DNA of 64,000 nucleotides from Gammaproteobacteria bacterium (GTDB lineage Bacteria; Pseudomonadota; Gammaproteobacteria; Eutrophobiales; Eutrophobiaceae): NCBI GenBank assembly GCA_965226155.1, contig OZ245331.1, positions 1,338,605 to 1,402,604 of the forward strand, read 5' to 3'. Shown piece by piece: positions 44,586 to 53,722 of this stretch (position 1 is its first letter; each line of letters starts with the position of its first letter). The notes under the pieces were generated by a model. It saw only the letters and a program-made list of their open reading frames with translations, ran no database searches and was not told where the DNA came from. The position numbers and the translations under genes were made by a program.

Positions 44586-45530
44586 GTTGATGTTAAAAAA
44601 GACTTCATGTGGTGTTTTTGAATTAAGTGTTTTTCTGGGACGGTGATTGAGTTTTTTCATGACCAAGTTTAACTGCTTTTGTGTAATCGTGCTGAAGTCC
44701 ATTTTCTTTGGGAAGTACTGTCGAATGAGACCATTGATATTTTCATTTAAACCCCGTTCCCAGGAGGCATAAGGATGTGCAAAATAGAACCCCGCGTTCA
44801 ATTGTTGAGCAATAACCTCATGCTCAGCAAATTCTTTTCCATTATCCGAGGTGATCGTGTGAACCGACGCCTTCATATTAGACAACAATCGCACGATAGC
44901 TTGCCTGACGGCAGAGGCAGTTCGTCGTTTCACCTGTGCAATCAAGGTGTACATCGACTTGCGCTCGCTCAAGGTGACCAGCGCCTGTCGATGGCCTTTG
45001 CCGATGACGGTGTCCACTTCCCAGTCACCGATGCGTGTCTTCCTGTTCACAATGGCGGGACGCTTATCAATGCTGCCCTGATTCACCAGAACCTCACGAC
45101 GTTGATAACTACCATAACGCTTCTTTCGTTTCTTCTGGCAACGCAAGTACCGGTACAGCTCACCGCCGTCTGCCTTGTCCTGGTATATGTAGTGATATAT
45201 CCATTCATGACTCAGAGCGATACCTTCTCGTTTATGCAACCAGTCACTGATTTGCTCAGGACTCCATTCGTCCCGCAGCCAGACCTCTACTCGCTCCCAC
45301 AAGGTCGTGGTGAGTCGCTGTTGTTGGCTGGCTTCTCGACGCGCTTGCCGGAGCAACTGAGCTTGGCGGGGTCGATAGCCTCTCAAGCCACGGTTGCGTC
45401 TGAGTTCACGGCTAATAGTAGATTTATGCACGCCTATCAAGGCGGCTATCTCCGTTTGTGTATGTCCTGCTTTCATCAGGGCGCAAATCTGGTAACGTTG
45501 ATGCTCGGTAAGCTGTGTGTAGTGTCTCAT
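44568..45530 (-). CDS. IS30-family transposase (N-terminal HTH, C-terminal DDE integrase core)
   Basis: MRHYTQLTEHQRYQICALMKAGHTQTEIAALIGVHKSTISRELRRN HTH; DDE core with ..DNGKEF..SWERGLNENINGLIRQY. Confidence 0.9.
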   Translation of the reverse strand: MRHYTQLTEHQRYQICALMKAGHTQTEIAALIGVHKSTISRELRRNRGLRGYRPRQAQLLRQARREASQQQRLTTTLWERVEVWLRDEWSPEQISDWLHKREGIALSHEWIYHYIYQDKADGGELYRYLRCQKKRKKRYGSYQRREVLVNQGSIDKRPAIVNRKTRIGDWEVDTVIGKGHRQALVTLSERKSMYTLIAQVKRRTASAVRQAIVRLLSNMKASVHTITSDNGKEFAEHEVIAQQLNAGFYFAHPYASWERGLNENINGLIRQYFPKKMDFSTITQKQLNLVMKKLNHRPRKTLNSKTPHEVFFNINVALQS

Positions 45531-45603
45531 CTGCGCCTCTCTTTCTTGCTGGAACGAAAGGTAAGGATGCTACCGCAGCTTGCCGTTCTTGCCACCTAAT
45601 TGA

Positions 45604-45627
45604 GTTGCACTTACAAATTGAATTCAC
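45604..45627. repeat. IS30 element terminal inverted repeat (right)
   Basis: GTTGCACTTACAAATTGAATTCAC. Confidence 0.7.
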
Positions 45628-45642
45628 GGGATGAAGTAATTT

Positions 45643-46866
45643 ATGACCAATGAATTAAAACCCGCAAGTTCTCTTTTCCCTGTAAAAGGCATTACACTGT
45701 CTTCGACAAGTGCTGGAATCTATAAAAGAAAGATACGCAATGACGTAATGTTAATCGGAATATCTGATCAATCGACAGTAACAGCAGTTTTTACGAAAAA
45801 TGCTTTTTTTGCGGCCCCAGTTGCTGTCGCACGGAAACACTTACTAAGCTGCACGCCACAGTATTGCTTGGTTAATGCTGGAAATGCCAATGCTGGTACT
45901 GGTGAGAAGGGTATCGAAGATGCATTCGAAACATGTAAAGCTGTTGCAAATCTTGGAGGATGCCCCCCTGAATCTGTCTTGCCATTTTCCACTGGTGTTA
46001 TTGGAGAGGAATTACCCGTTGACAAGATTTCAGCTGTTATACCGGAACTGATTGAGAACCTTTCTGAAACTAACTGGAATGCTTGCGCGGAAGCCATTAT
46101 GACGACTGATACCGTACCCAAATCGATATCAAAGCAAGTCGAGATTGAGGGCAATACAATAACCATAACAGGCATCACTAAGGGCTCGGGCATGATAAGA
46201 CCTGACATGGCAACTATGTTGGCATTTATCGGGACAGATGCATGTGTTGAGCAACCTGCACTAAATCTGCTTTTGAAAAATGCTGTAGAAATTTCTTTTA
46301 ATCGGATATGTGTTGATGGCGATATGTCCACAAATGACGCTTGTATTTTAATTGCAACCGGCAAATCTACTCATCAGGCTATTAGCGATGACAAGGGTGA
46401 AGCATACAAAATACTCCAGGCAGCGATTAACGAAGTGTGCATTTTTCTTGCCCAGGCGATAGTTAGGGATGGAGAAGGTGCAACTAAATTTATCAGCATA
46501 ACTGTAGACAAAGGTAGGACCAGAGGGGAATGTTTGTCAGTTGGATATGCAATAGCAACTTCATCTCTTGTAAAAACGGCGTTTTTTGCATCTGACCCGA
46601 ATTGGGGACGTATATTGGCAACGATTGGCAGGGCAGGGATTGATGATCTGGATGTGAATAGAGTGTCGATTTACCTAAATGGCTGTTGTATTGTGAAAAA
46701 TGGTTCTGTAGATAAAGATTATACGGAAGAACAAGGTATGAAGGTTATGTTAGTTGAAGATATTGATCTCAATATTAGCCTGGATCGTGGTGGAGAGAAT
46801 GAAGTGATATGGACCTGTGACCTGTCCCATGACTATGTCAGTATCAATGCTGAGTACCGGACCTGA
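45643..46866 (+). CDS. argJ: bifunctional glutamate N-acetyltransferase / amino-acid N-acetyltransferase ArgJ
   Basis: 407 aa; autocatalytic cleavage region ..MATMLAFIGTDA.. (T at cleavage site), TTDT motif. Confidence 0.92.
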   Translation: MTNELKPASSLFPVKGITLSSTSAGIYKRKIRNDVMLIGISDQSTVTAVFTKNAFFAAPVAVARKHLLSCTPQYCLVNAGNANAGTGEKGIEDAFETCKAVANLGGCPPESVLPFSTGVIGEELPVDKISAVIPELIENLSETNWNACAEAIMTTDTVPKSISKQVEIEGNTITITGITKGSGMIRPDMATMLAFIGTDACVEQPALNLLLKNAVEISFNRICVDGDMSTNDACILIATGKSTHQAISDDKGEAYKILQAAINEVCIFLAQAIVRDGEGATKFISITVDKGRTRGECLSVGYAIATSSLVKTAFFASDPNWGRILATIGRAGIDDLDVNRVSIYLNGCCIVKNGSVDKDYTEEQGMKVMLVEDIDLNISLDRGGENEVIWTCDLSHDYVSINAEYRT

Positions 46867-46901
46867 TAGAGGTTGCTTGCTGGAATTACACATTAAGACT
46901 C

Positions 46902-47894
46902 ATGCCTAACGGTCCACACCATATCGTCGTAGGCATCGTTTATAATAGTTTTCGGGACAGGATTTTAATCACAAGGCGTGATTTGGGTGCTCATCAAGGT
47001 GGATTGTGGGAATTTCCAGGAGGAAAAGTAAGGCAAAGAGAATCAGAATGGCAAGCATTAACCCGGGAATTAATTGAAGAAGTTAATATTTCTGCAAGCC
47101 GTGGCCACCGGTTAGTTCGATTTATACATGAATATCCTGATGTAAAATTATTACTGGATGTTTGGATGATAGACGAATGGTCGGGTCAGTATGCCAGCAA
47201 TGATGGTCAATTAGTCGAGTTTGTAACATATCAGGAACTCATGTCTAGGGAGTTTCCCCCTGCAAACGCTAAAATACTTAGGTTGATTCATTTGCCACTT
47301 CTATACCTCATCACGCCAGATTTGATTCGATACGATGAAGAATTTCTGAGAATGATAACAAGAATGATTGACAGTGGCTTAACCTTGATTCAGTTTCGAA
47401 GTAAAAAGGCTCCTCTGGACGAACAATATAGTCTCGTGCAAAGGCTAATCAAGATTTGCAACAATGGTAACTGTGAATTATTGTTCAATGGGACTGCTGA
47501 AAAAGCTTTGGAGTTGGGTACACACGGCGTGCATCTGCCCGGCGAGAAACTAATGCAATTAGATAATCGCCCACTTCCAGAAAACTGCTTGGTAGCCGCG
47601 TCCTGTCATAATGAGACAGAGCTTATGCATGCTTGTAAAATCGGTATAGACTTTTGTGTTCTGGGTTCGGTCTATGATTCCAACACTGAACCTTTTAAGT
47701 CTGGGATGGGTTGGGAGCAATTTCAATCACTAGTAATGAAATCAACTATCCCTGTTTATGCATTAGGCGGTATAAACGTAAGTGATCTTGGTATTGCGCA
47801 ACAACATGGTGCACATGGAGTAGCGATGATAAAGGGCGTATGGAATAATAGTGACCCACTTTCTGCCGTCAGGAACCTGAGCAGACAGAGTTAA
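46902..47894 (+). CDS. fusion protein: N-terminal NUDIX (MutT-like) hydrolase + C-terminal thiamine-phosphate-synthase-like (ThiE/TenI fold) domain
   Basis: Nudix box GGKVRQRESEWQALTRELIEEVNI; C-terminal TMP-TenI-like domain; same fusion and location as the Pseudomonas gene downstream of argJ. Confidence 0.85.
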   Translation: MPNGPHHIVVGIVYNSFRDRILITRRDLGAHQGGLWEFPGGKVRQRESEWQALTRELIEEVNISASRGHRLVRFIHEYPDVKLLLDVWMIDEWSGQYASNDGQLVEFVTYQELMSREFPPANAKILRLIHLPLLYLITPDLIRYDEEFLRMITRMIDSGLTLIQFRSKKAPLDEQYSLVQRLIKICNNGNCELLFNGTAEKALELGTHGVHLPGEKLMQLDNRPLPENCLVAASCHNETELMHACKIGIDFCVLGSVYDSNTEPFKSGMGWEQFQSLVMKSTIPVYALGGINVSDLGIAQQHGAHGVAMIKGVWNNSDPLSAVRNLSRQS

Positions 47895-48073
47895 TGCGTG
47901 GTTGATTTATTATCCTTATCAATTGGTATATCCGAATGATCCGAGGGTATTTTATGCTCCTCGTTTAGCCACGCACCTAGGTCAATCAACTTGCATCTTT
48001 CAGAACAGAAAGGTAACCACTGCGTATCTGTGAAAGTGGTAACTAGTATGCTACAAGAAGGACATTTTTTCAT
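47891..48073 (-). CDS. yacG: DNA gyrase inhibitor YacG (zinc-ribbon)
   Basis: 60 aa; CPSC..17..PFCSERCKLIDLGAWLNEEHKIP aligns with E. coli YacG. Confidence 0.85.
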   Translation of the reverse strand: MKKCPSCSILVTTFTDTQWLPFCSERCKLIDLGAWLNEEHKIPSDHSDIPIDKDNKSTTH

Positions 48074-48840
48074 AAAATACAGCAGTGCAATTCAAAATCA
48101 ACATCTGAATCTACCTGGCTAGGTCTGGCAGATGTGTCAAGTTGCTCCATCATCCGAACGGTAAAACGATGTTTGCCTGCACTGATTTCTGGGAAACATA
48201 TAGAATCAGGTTGTAATATTATACGGATCAACTGGCAGTTTATATTCTGTTCGAGTGACTTCTGAAAAAATCCCTTATTGGCTTTTTCATATGACGGATT
48301 AGTGCTGTTACGAAGTAAGCCCAATGAAAGATCAAGGCTGTGTTTAATTATTAGTAAGTCTTTTTGCCAATCAAATAATGACTGGTGTTTTTCTTCGACT
48401 GGCCTGTGTAGCCATTGGTGATAGGCAGGCAAATCAAAGTTACATGATCCGCCTAAGATCGCGTTACGCTGCTTGAGTGAACTTATTAATTCACTTTGTC
48501 GTAGTGATTGTCCTGGTTGACAGTTTTTATCTCGCAGTTCTTCTAGATAGTTGCTGATATCTATGAGAATGTTATTTAATCTTTCTATATTAACCCCTGG
48601 ATTTTTATTGAGTGCATTTAAGGTTGATGAATGTGTCTCCAGATCCTTGATTAAATCAAGTTTAATGTCAGTTCTGCTGAGTAGTTCTGTAATATCGAGG
48701 AGAGAGTTAAGGGCGGAGCGCGTACCCCACTCGCTCAAGTCCTCTATATAATGATCTATTTGATTAATCAAAAATTCCATTCTGAGAAACGTTCTGACAC
48801 GTTCATTTAATGGCTGTTCGTAAACTATTCCTGAGTGCAC
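48070..48840 (-). CDS. zapD: cell division protein ZapD (YacF)
   Basis: 256 aa; IVYEQPLNERVRTFLRMEFL N-terminus typical of ZapD; coaE-zapD-yacG order as in E. coli. Confidence 0.88.
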   Translation of the reverse strand: MHSGIVYEQPLNERVRTFLRMEFLINQIDHYIEDLSEWGTRSALNSLLDITELLSRTDIKLDLIKDLETHSSTLNALNKNPGVNIERLNNILIDISNYLEELRDKNCQPGQSLRQSELISSLKQRNAILGGSCNFDLPAYHQWLHRPVEEKHQSLFDWQKDLLIIKHSLDLSLGLLRNSTNPSYEKANKGFFQKSLEQNINCQLIRIILQPDSICFPEISAGKHRFTVRMMEQLDTSARPSQVDSDVDFELHCCIL

Positions 48841-48849
48841 AGTATTCGA

Positions 48850-49464
48850 TCAAGCTTGCTGTGTTTTCGTCAATTTATCTAAATAATTAAGATGTAGAAC
48901 CTGAACTTGGTCTGATAGTCGATTTATATCATCATTGCTAATTATATTATCCGCTGCTTTTAGGCGATCATGTCTCGTTACCTGAGTCTTTATTATATCT
49001 CGTACATGCTCTTCAGACATCCTATCACGGTTTGCCACTCTTTCGATTTGGCTAGGTTCATCACAATCAACGACTAGAACGGTATCTACTTTGTTATGAG
49101 CTTCGGTTTCAAGTAGTAAAGGGATTATAATTATGCAATACGGATATTTAATCTGTTTGATTTTATTATCAATTTCAGTATAAACAAGCGGGTGAATAAC
49201 AGATTCAAGTTGAACACGTAATTCATCGTTTGAAAAGACGATCTCCCTCATTACATCTCTTGACAAAGTCCCGTCATGATTAAGGATTTGTTTTCCGAAC
49301 AAGTTGATTATTTTATTTAAAGCAGGTTTACCTGGCTCCACAAGTTGATGGGAAATTTTATCAGCATCAATTACTGGGACCCCAATTTTAGAAAATAACG
49401 CTGCAACGGTAGACTTACCGGCGCCAATTCCGCCAGTTAGTCCAACGCGGTAAGAAGAAGTCAT
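48850..49464 (-). CDS. coaE: dephospho-CoA kinase
   Basis: P-loop GLTGGIGAGKST; start set to internal ATG (MTSSYRV) 2 nt after pilD stop. Confidence 0.9.
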   Translation of the reverse strand: MTSSYRVGLTGGIGAGKSTVAALFSKIGVPVIDADKISHQLVEPGKPALNKIINLFGKQILNHDGTLSRDVMREIVFSNDELRVQLESVIHPLVYTEIDNKIKQIKYPYCIIIIPLLLETEAHNKVDTVLVVDCDEPSQIERVANRDRMSEEHVRDIIKTQVTRHDRLKAADNIISNDDINRLSDQVQVLHLNYLDKLTKTQQA

Positions 49465-49466
49465 AC

Positions 49467-50339
49467 TTAGGCGACTGCCCAATTGTAATATAAGGTAGTC
49501 AATTCATTGCCATAAATTAAAGCTATCCAGCCAGCAATGGCGAGATATGGCCCGAAAGGAATCGGTTTGCTTTGTGAATGATTGTAAAAGAAGATTAGTC
49601 CCAATCCGACAAGTGCTCCTGCTATCGAGGAGAGTATGATGATCAGCGGCAACATCTGCCAACCTAACCAAGCACCCAGCATGGCCAGTAACTTGAAATC
49701 ACCGTAACCCATACCTTCTTTGCCTGTAACTATTTTAAATACCATATATACAATCCAAAGGATCAAGTATCCAAATATTGCGCCAAGCAGGCTTGAATAG
49801 ATATCAGTGAATGTCCCGAACATATTGGCAATAATACCTAACCACAATATCGGCATCGTAATGTCATCCGGTAACAATTGGCAGTCATAATCAATCATGG
49901 TCTGGGCAATTAATGTCCATGTTAATACAATAGCTAAAATAAACTGCATGGTAACGCCGAATGTTGCTACTATAACGAGGCTGAGAATACTAGTACTTAT
50001 TTCAACAGCCGGGTAACGAATCGATATCTGATTATTACATTCTGAGCATTTGCCGCCGAGAATCAGATAGCTGATTACAGGAATATTTTCAAGTGCTGAT
50101 ATTTTATGGTTACAATGTGGACAGGCTGATCGAGGTAGAATCAGATTATATTTTTCTACAGGTTCATCTTCATTTTTGACGTCAAGAATTCTGCGACATT
50201 CCTGTTTCCAGTCTCTCTCCATCATTTTTGGAATTCTGTGTATGACAACATTGAGAAAACTGCCGACAACAAGCCCAACTATTCCAACTACGAAGTAAAA
50301 GAATATGATATTGGAATGAAAAAAGTAGATAAGATACAT
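49467..50339 (-). CDS. pilD: prepilin peptidase / N-methyltransferase PilD (A24 family)
   Basis: 290 aa; cytoplasmic Cys tetrad (CPHC..CSEC), polytopic; intact. Confidence 0.92.
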   Translation of the reverse strand: MYLIYFFHSNIIFFYFVVGIVGLVVGSFLNVVIHRIPKMMERDWKQECRRILDVKNEDEPVEKYNLILPRSACPHCNHKISALENIPVISYLILGGKCSECNNQISIRYPAVEISTSILSLVIVATFGVTMQFILAIVLTWTLIAQTMIDYDCQLLPDDITMPILWLGIIANMFGTFTDIYSSLLGAIFGYLILWIVYMVFKIVTGKEGMGYGDFKLLAMLGAWLGWQMLPLIIILSSIAGALVGLGLIFFYNHSQSKPIPFGPYLAIAGWIALIYGNELTTLYYNWAVA

Positions 50340-50433
50340 TTTCGCTGGACTTCATTCGAAGTGCTACGAGAAAAGTTAGTTTAAATAGTGACCGCTCAGT
50401 CCTAGGATAGCCAAATTCAAGCCTGCAGATTTT

Positions 50434-51652
50434 TTATACCACAGCGCCCATTTTGAAAATAGGCAGGTACATACCAATGACAATTCCACCAATAACAACA
50501 CCAAGAAATGCCATAATCGCCGGTTCAAGTAGACTGGTAAGTGCATCGACTGCATCGTCTACTTCTTGTTCGTACCAGTCTGCAACCTTACCTAGCATGG
50601 TGTCGATTGCGCCTGACTCTTCACCGATGGCTCCCATTTGTACTACCCATATTGGGGAACAGGCCTGTCTCACGCATACTCGCTTGTAGCTGGGTACCGG
50701 TCGAAATCTCGTCACGCATTTTCATACAAGCATCGTAGAATACGATGTTACCGCATGCCCCTGCCACGGAGGTCATCGATTCAACCAGAGGGGTTCCTGC
50801 GGCAAACATGGTCTCCAATGTTCGGGCAAACCTGGCAACAGCAGACTTTTCAAGAACTTCCCCGATGATAGGTAGTTTCAGGGAATAACGGTCCATGAAT
50901 TCAGCAAATTTCTTTGACCGTTTTTTAAATTCTAATATTGTATATATAGTAGCTCCGATCACAGCAAATATTATATACCAGTAGTCCACAAAAAAATTAG
51001 AAGAGTCGACCAGGAACTGGGTCAATGCAGGAAGTTCAGCTCCAAAGCTTGAGAACGGTTCGGAGAATTGTGGAATCACGAAGATCATCAAGATAGTAAC
51101 AACGATGAAAGAGACGGCAATCACCGCCGTCGGATAGAACAGGGCTGCTTTAATTTTTGATTTCAGTGCCTCAGTTTTTTCCATATAAGTAGCGAGTTTA
51201 TGGAGTATGGCTTCGAGGATACCCGCATGTTCCCCTGCTTCAACCAGGTTGCAATATAGCGAGTTGAAATTAAGCGGGTATTTTTTCAGGGCTTCTGTCA
51301 GCGAATTTCCTGCTTCGACTTCTGCTTTTATTCCTAGGATCAGATCCTGCATGCCAGCATTTTCGTGGCCGCGGCCTACGATTTCAAACGCTTGAACGAG
51401 TGGGACGCCGGACGACATCATGGTTGCCAACTGGCGACTGAAGATGGTGATATCTTTCGGGGTAACCTTTGGTGTTGAGGCACCTAGCAACGGCTTGCGT
51501 TTTTTCTTGATCTTACTAGGATTAACGCCCTGTCTTCTCAAAACAGCCTTGACTAGGGCTTCAGATTGGCCACTTATTTCACCTTTGACTTTTTTACCTG
51601 TTTTGTCTGTCCCTTCCCAGACAAACATGTCAGCTTTTGCTACTTTTGCCAT
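50434..51652 (-). pseudogene. pilC: type IV pilus platform protein PilC (GspF family), frameshifted near the 3' end
   Basis: 343-aa ORF (50621..51652) carries residues 1 to ~340 ending ..TGLFPNM; the last ~65 aa (VVQMGAIGEESGAIDTMLGKVADWY..LPIFKMGAVV) are in ORF 50434..50715 in another frame. Removing one C from plus-strand CCC at 50646..50648 rejoins them. Confidence 0.85.
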
Positions 51653-51657
51653 AATAA

Positions 51658-53384
51658 TTACTCTACTGTTACACGGTTAACTTCTGAAAGTGTGGTGATG
51701 CCATTTTTTGCCTTTTCCAGACCAGAATGGCGTATGTCCCAGATGCCTTCTTCGCCCGCCTGATCAGCCAATTGGACTGCATTAGCGCCTTCAATAATCA
51801 ATCGTTTTAATGCATCTGAAACTGGCATGACTTGGTAGATACCGCACCGGCCTTTATATCCGGAGTCACAGTCCTCATTACCTGTGACCGGCACAAAAAG
51901 CTTGATGCCTTGTTCAATCTCTTCTTCTGTATATCCCTCCTTCAGTAGCGCCTCTTTAGGCATATCCAGGGGTTCTCTGTATTCTTTATGGAGCACGCGG
52001 CATAATCGTTGTGCGGTGATGAGGTTAATACTGGTTGCCACGGCAAAAGGAGCGATACCCATATCTTGTAATCGGGTTAGGGTCTGTGGAGCATCATTGG
52101 TATGTAACGTAGACATAACCATATGGCCGGTCTGAGCAGCCTTAACAGCAATCCCTGCTGTACCCAAATCTCGGATCTCACCAACAAGAATGATATCCGG
52201 ATCCTGACGCAGGAAGGCTTTTAATGCTTTTTCAAATGTCATGCCAGTTCGTTCATCTACTTGAACTTGGTTGACACCAGGCAGGTTAATTTCAACCGGG
52301 TCTTCCGCTGTAGAAATATTGATATCCACCTGGTTCAGGATGTTTATTCCGGTATATAGTGAAACAGTCTTTCCGCCACCAGTAGGTCCCGTAACCAAAA
52401 ACATGCCATAGGGTTTATGCAGGTTTTCCATAAATGTTGCTTTTTGATGATCCTCATAACCCAGTTGATCAATTTGCAGTGCAGCGGCATCGGAATTTAG
52501 GATACGCATTACGGTTTTTTCGCCAAACAGGGTGGGGCAAGTACTAACGCGAAAATCAATAGACTTGGTTTTAGATAACTTCAGCTTGATGCGACCATCC
52601 TGAGGGACCCGACGTTCAGAGACATCGAGCCGTGACATGACCTTGATACGCGTAGCCATTTTACCCGTTAGACTAATAGGTGGTTTGGCCACTTCCATAA
52701 GTACACCATCAATACGAAATCTGACACGAAAAAATTTCTCATAATGTTCAAAATGCAGGTCAGAGGCGCCATTTTTTAATTGCGTCCAGCAGGACCTTAT
52801 TGACAAACTTTACGACAGGCGCATCATCTATTTCAGTATCATCATCACCTGCATCGGGTTGCCCTTCATCAGCAACTTCCAAATCATCTAGATTATCAAA
52901 CTCATCATCATCCATTGCACCGAGCCCGCCTTCCATTTCCTCAAGTGACTTTTCGATGACTTTGGCGAGCTTGTCTTCTTCTACCAGTATGGCTTCGGTA
53001 TTTGTACCGGTCGCAAATTTGATCTCATCAAGGGCAAGAAGATTAGTGGGGTCGGATACTGCGATATACAGTCGCTTACCACGCTTGAAAATAGGCAAGG
53101 AGTGGTGTTTTTTGATCAAGGTATCCTTTAACTAGTTTAACCGTGTCGATATCAATATCCATGGCGTTGATATCGAGTACGGGGACGCCAAATTCTTGGG
53201 AAGCAGCAACGGCTATATCACGGCTGGGAACCAGATTATTTTCTACCAAATACGGGACGAATGCCTTTTTCTTGCTCAAGGCTTTTTGATGGTGATCGGC
53301 AGCTGCGGCTTCCTCTAGCAGGCCATCCATCACCAGCTTTCTGGCGAGGCCGCTTAGACGGACTTTGTTTGCGGAAACAGCCAT
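51658..53384 (-). pseudogene. pilB: type IV pilus assembly ATPase PilB (GspE family), split into three ORFs by two 1-nt insertions
   Basis: ORFs 53076..53384 (N-term), 52760..53119 (N1/N2 domain) and 51658..52806 (ATPase core, Walker A GPTGGGKT). Both junctions are restored by dropping one A from an A6 run (plus-strand T6 at 53109..53114 and 52772..52777), giving ..YLDQKHHSLPIFKRG.. and ..LLDAIKNGASDLHFE.. Confidence 0.88.
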
Positions 53385-53722
53385 AGTTGAATTACTCTTC
53401 CTTCATTTAGCTTGACGGCTAAATAGTAGATTATATTGTGAATATTACCAATACTTTTCTCGATATTGCAACGCACAAATAACGTCAAGCGCATCATTAG
53501 AGAATTATACTACTTGTTCCCCTGTTTAGGGTGGACGAATTAATCAGGGAAAATAGCTGAATTCTGATTTTTAACGAAATTTTATAACAGCGGGTCGATT
53601 GGGTTGTAGCATTTTTTATCAGTGCCCGAAATGCAAAAGATACTTTAGCCATACACTGCCATGCGTGTTTTTATAAGGATAACATGACAAAACGCATCGG
53701 GCGGTTCCCATCTTTGAGGAAT

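Larger units (their letters stand above)
44560..45630 (-). mobile_element. IS30-family insertion sequence (about 1.07 kb) inserted between secA and argJ
   Basis: Single 320-aa IS30-type transposase flanked by imperfect terminal inverted repeats (left GGATTCAACTTTGAAGTGCAAC; right, reverse-complemented, TGAATTCAATTTGTAAGTGCAAC). Confidence 0.85.

Noticed and set aside
44775-45599. 274-aa plus-strand ORF
   Set aside because: Antisense to the IS30 transposase and low-complexity (Leu/Ser/Arg-rich). The transposase frame has the conserved HTH and DDE motifs.
45768-46364. 198-aa minus-strand ORF inside argJ
   Set aside because: This antisense ORF lies within a clearly coding, well-supported gene. 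No independent signals.
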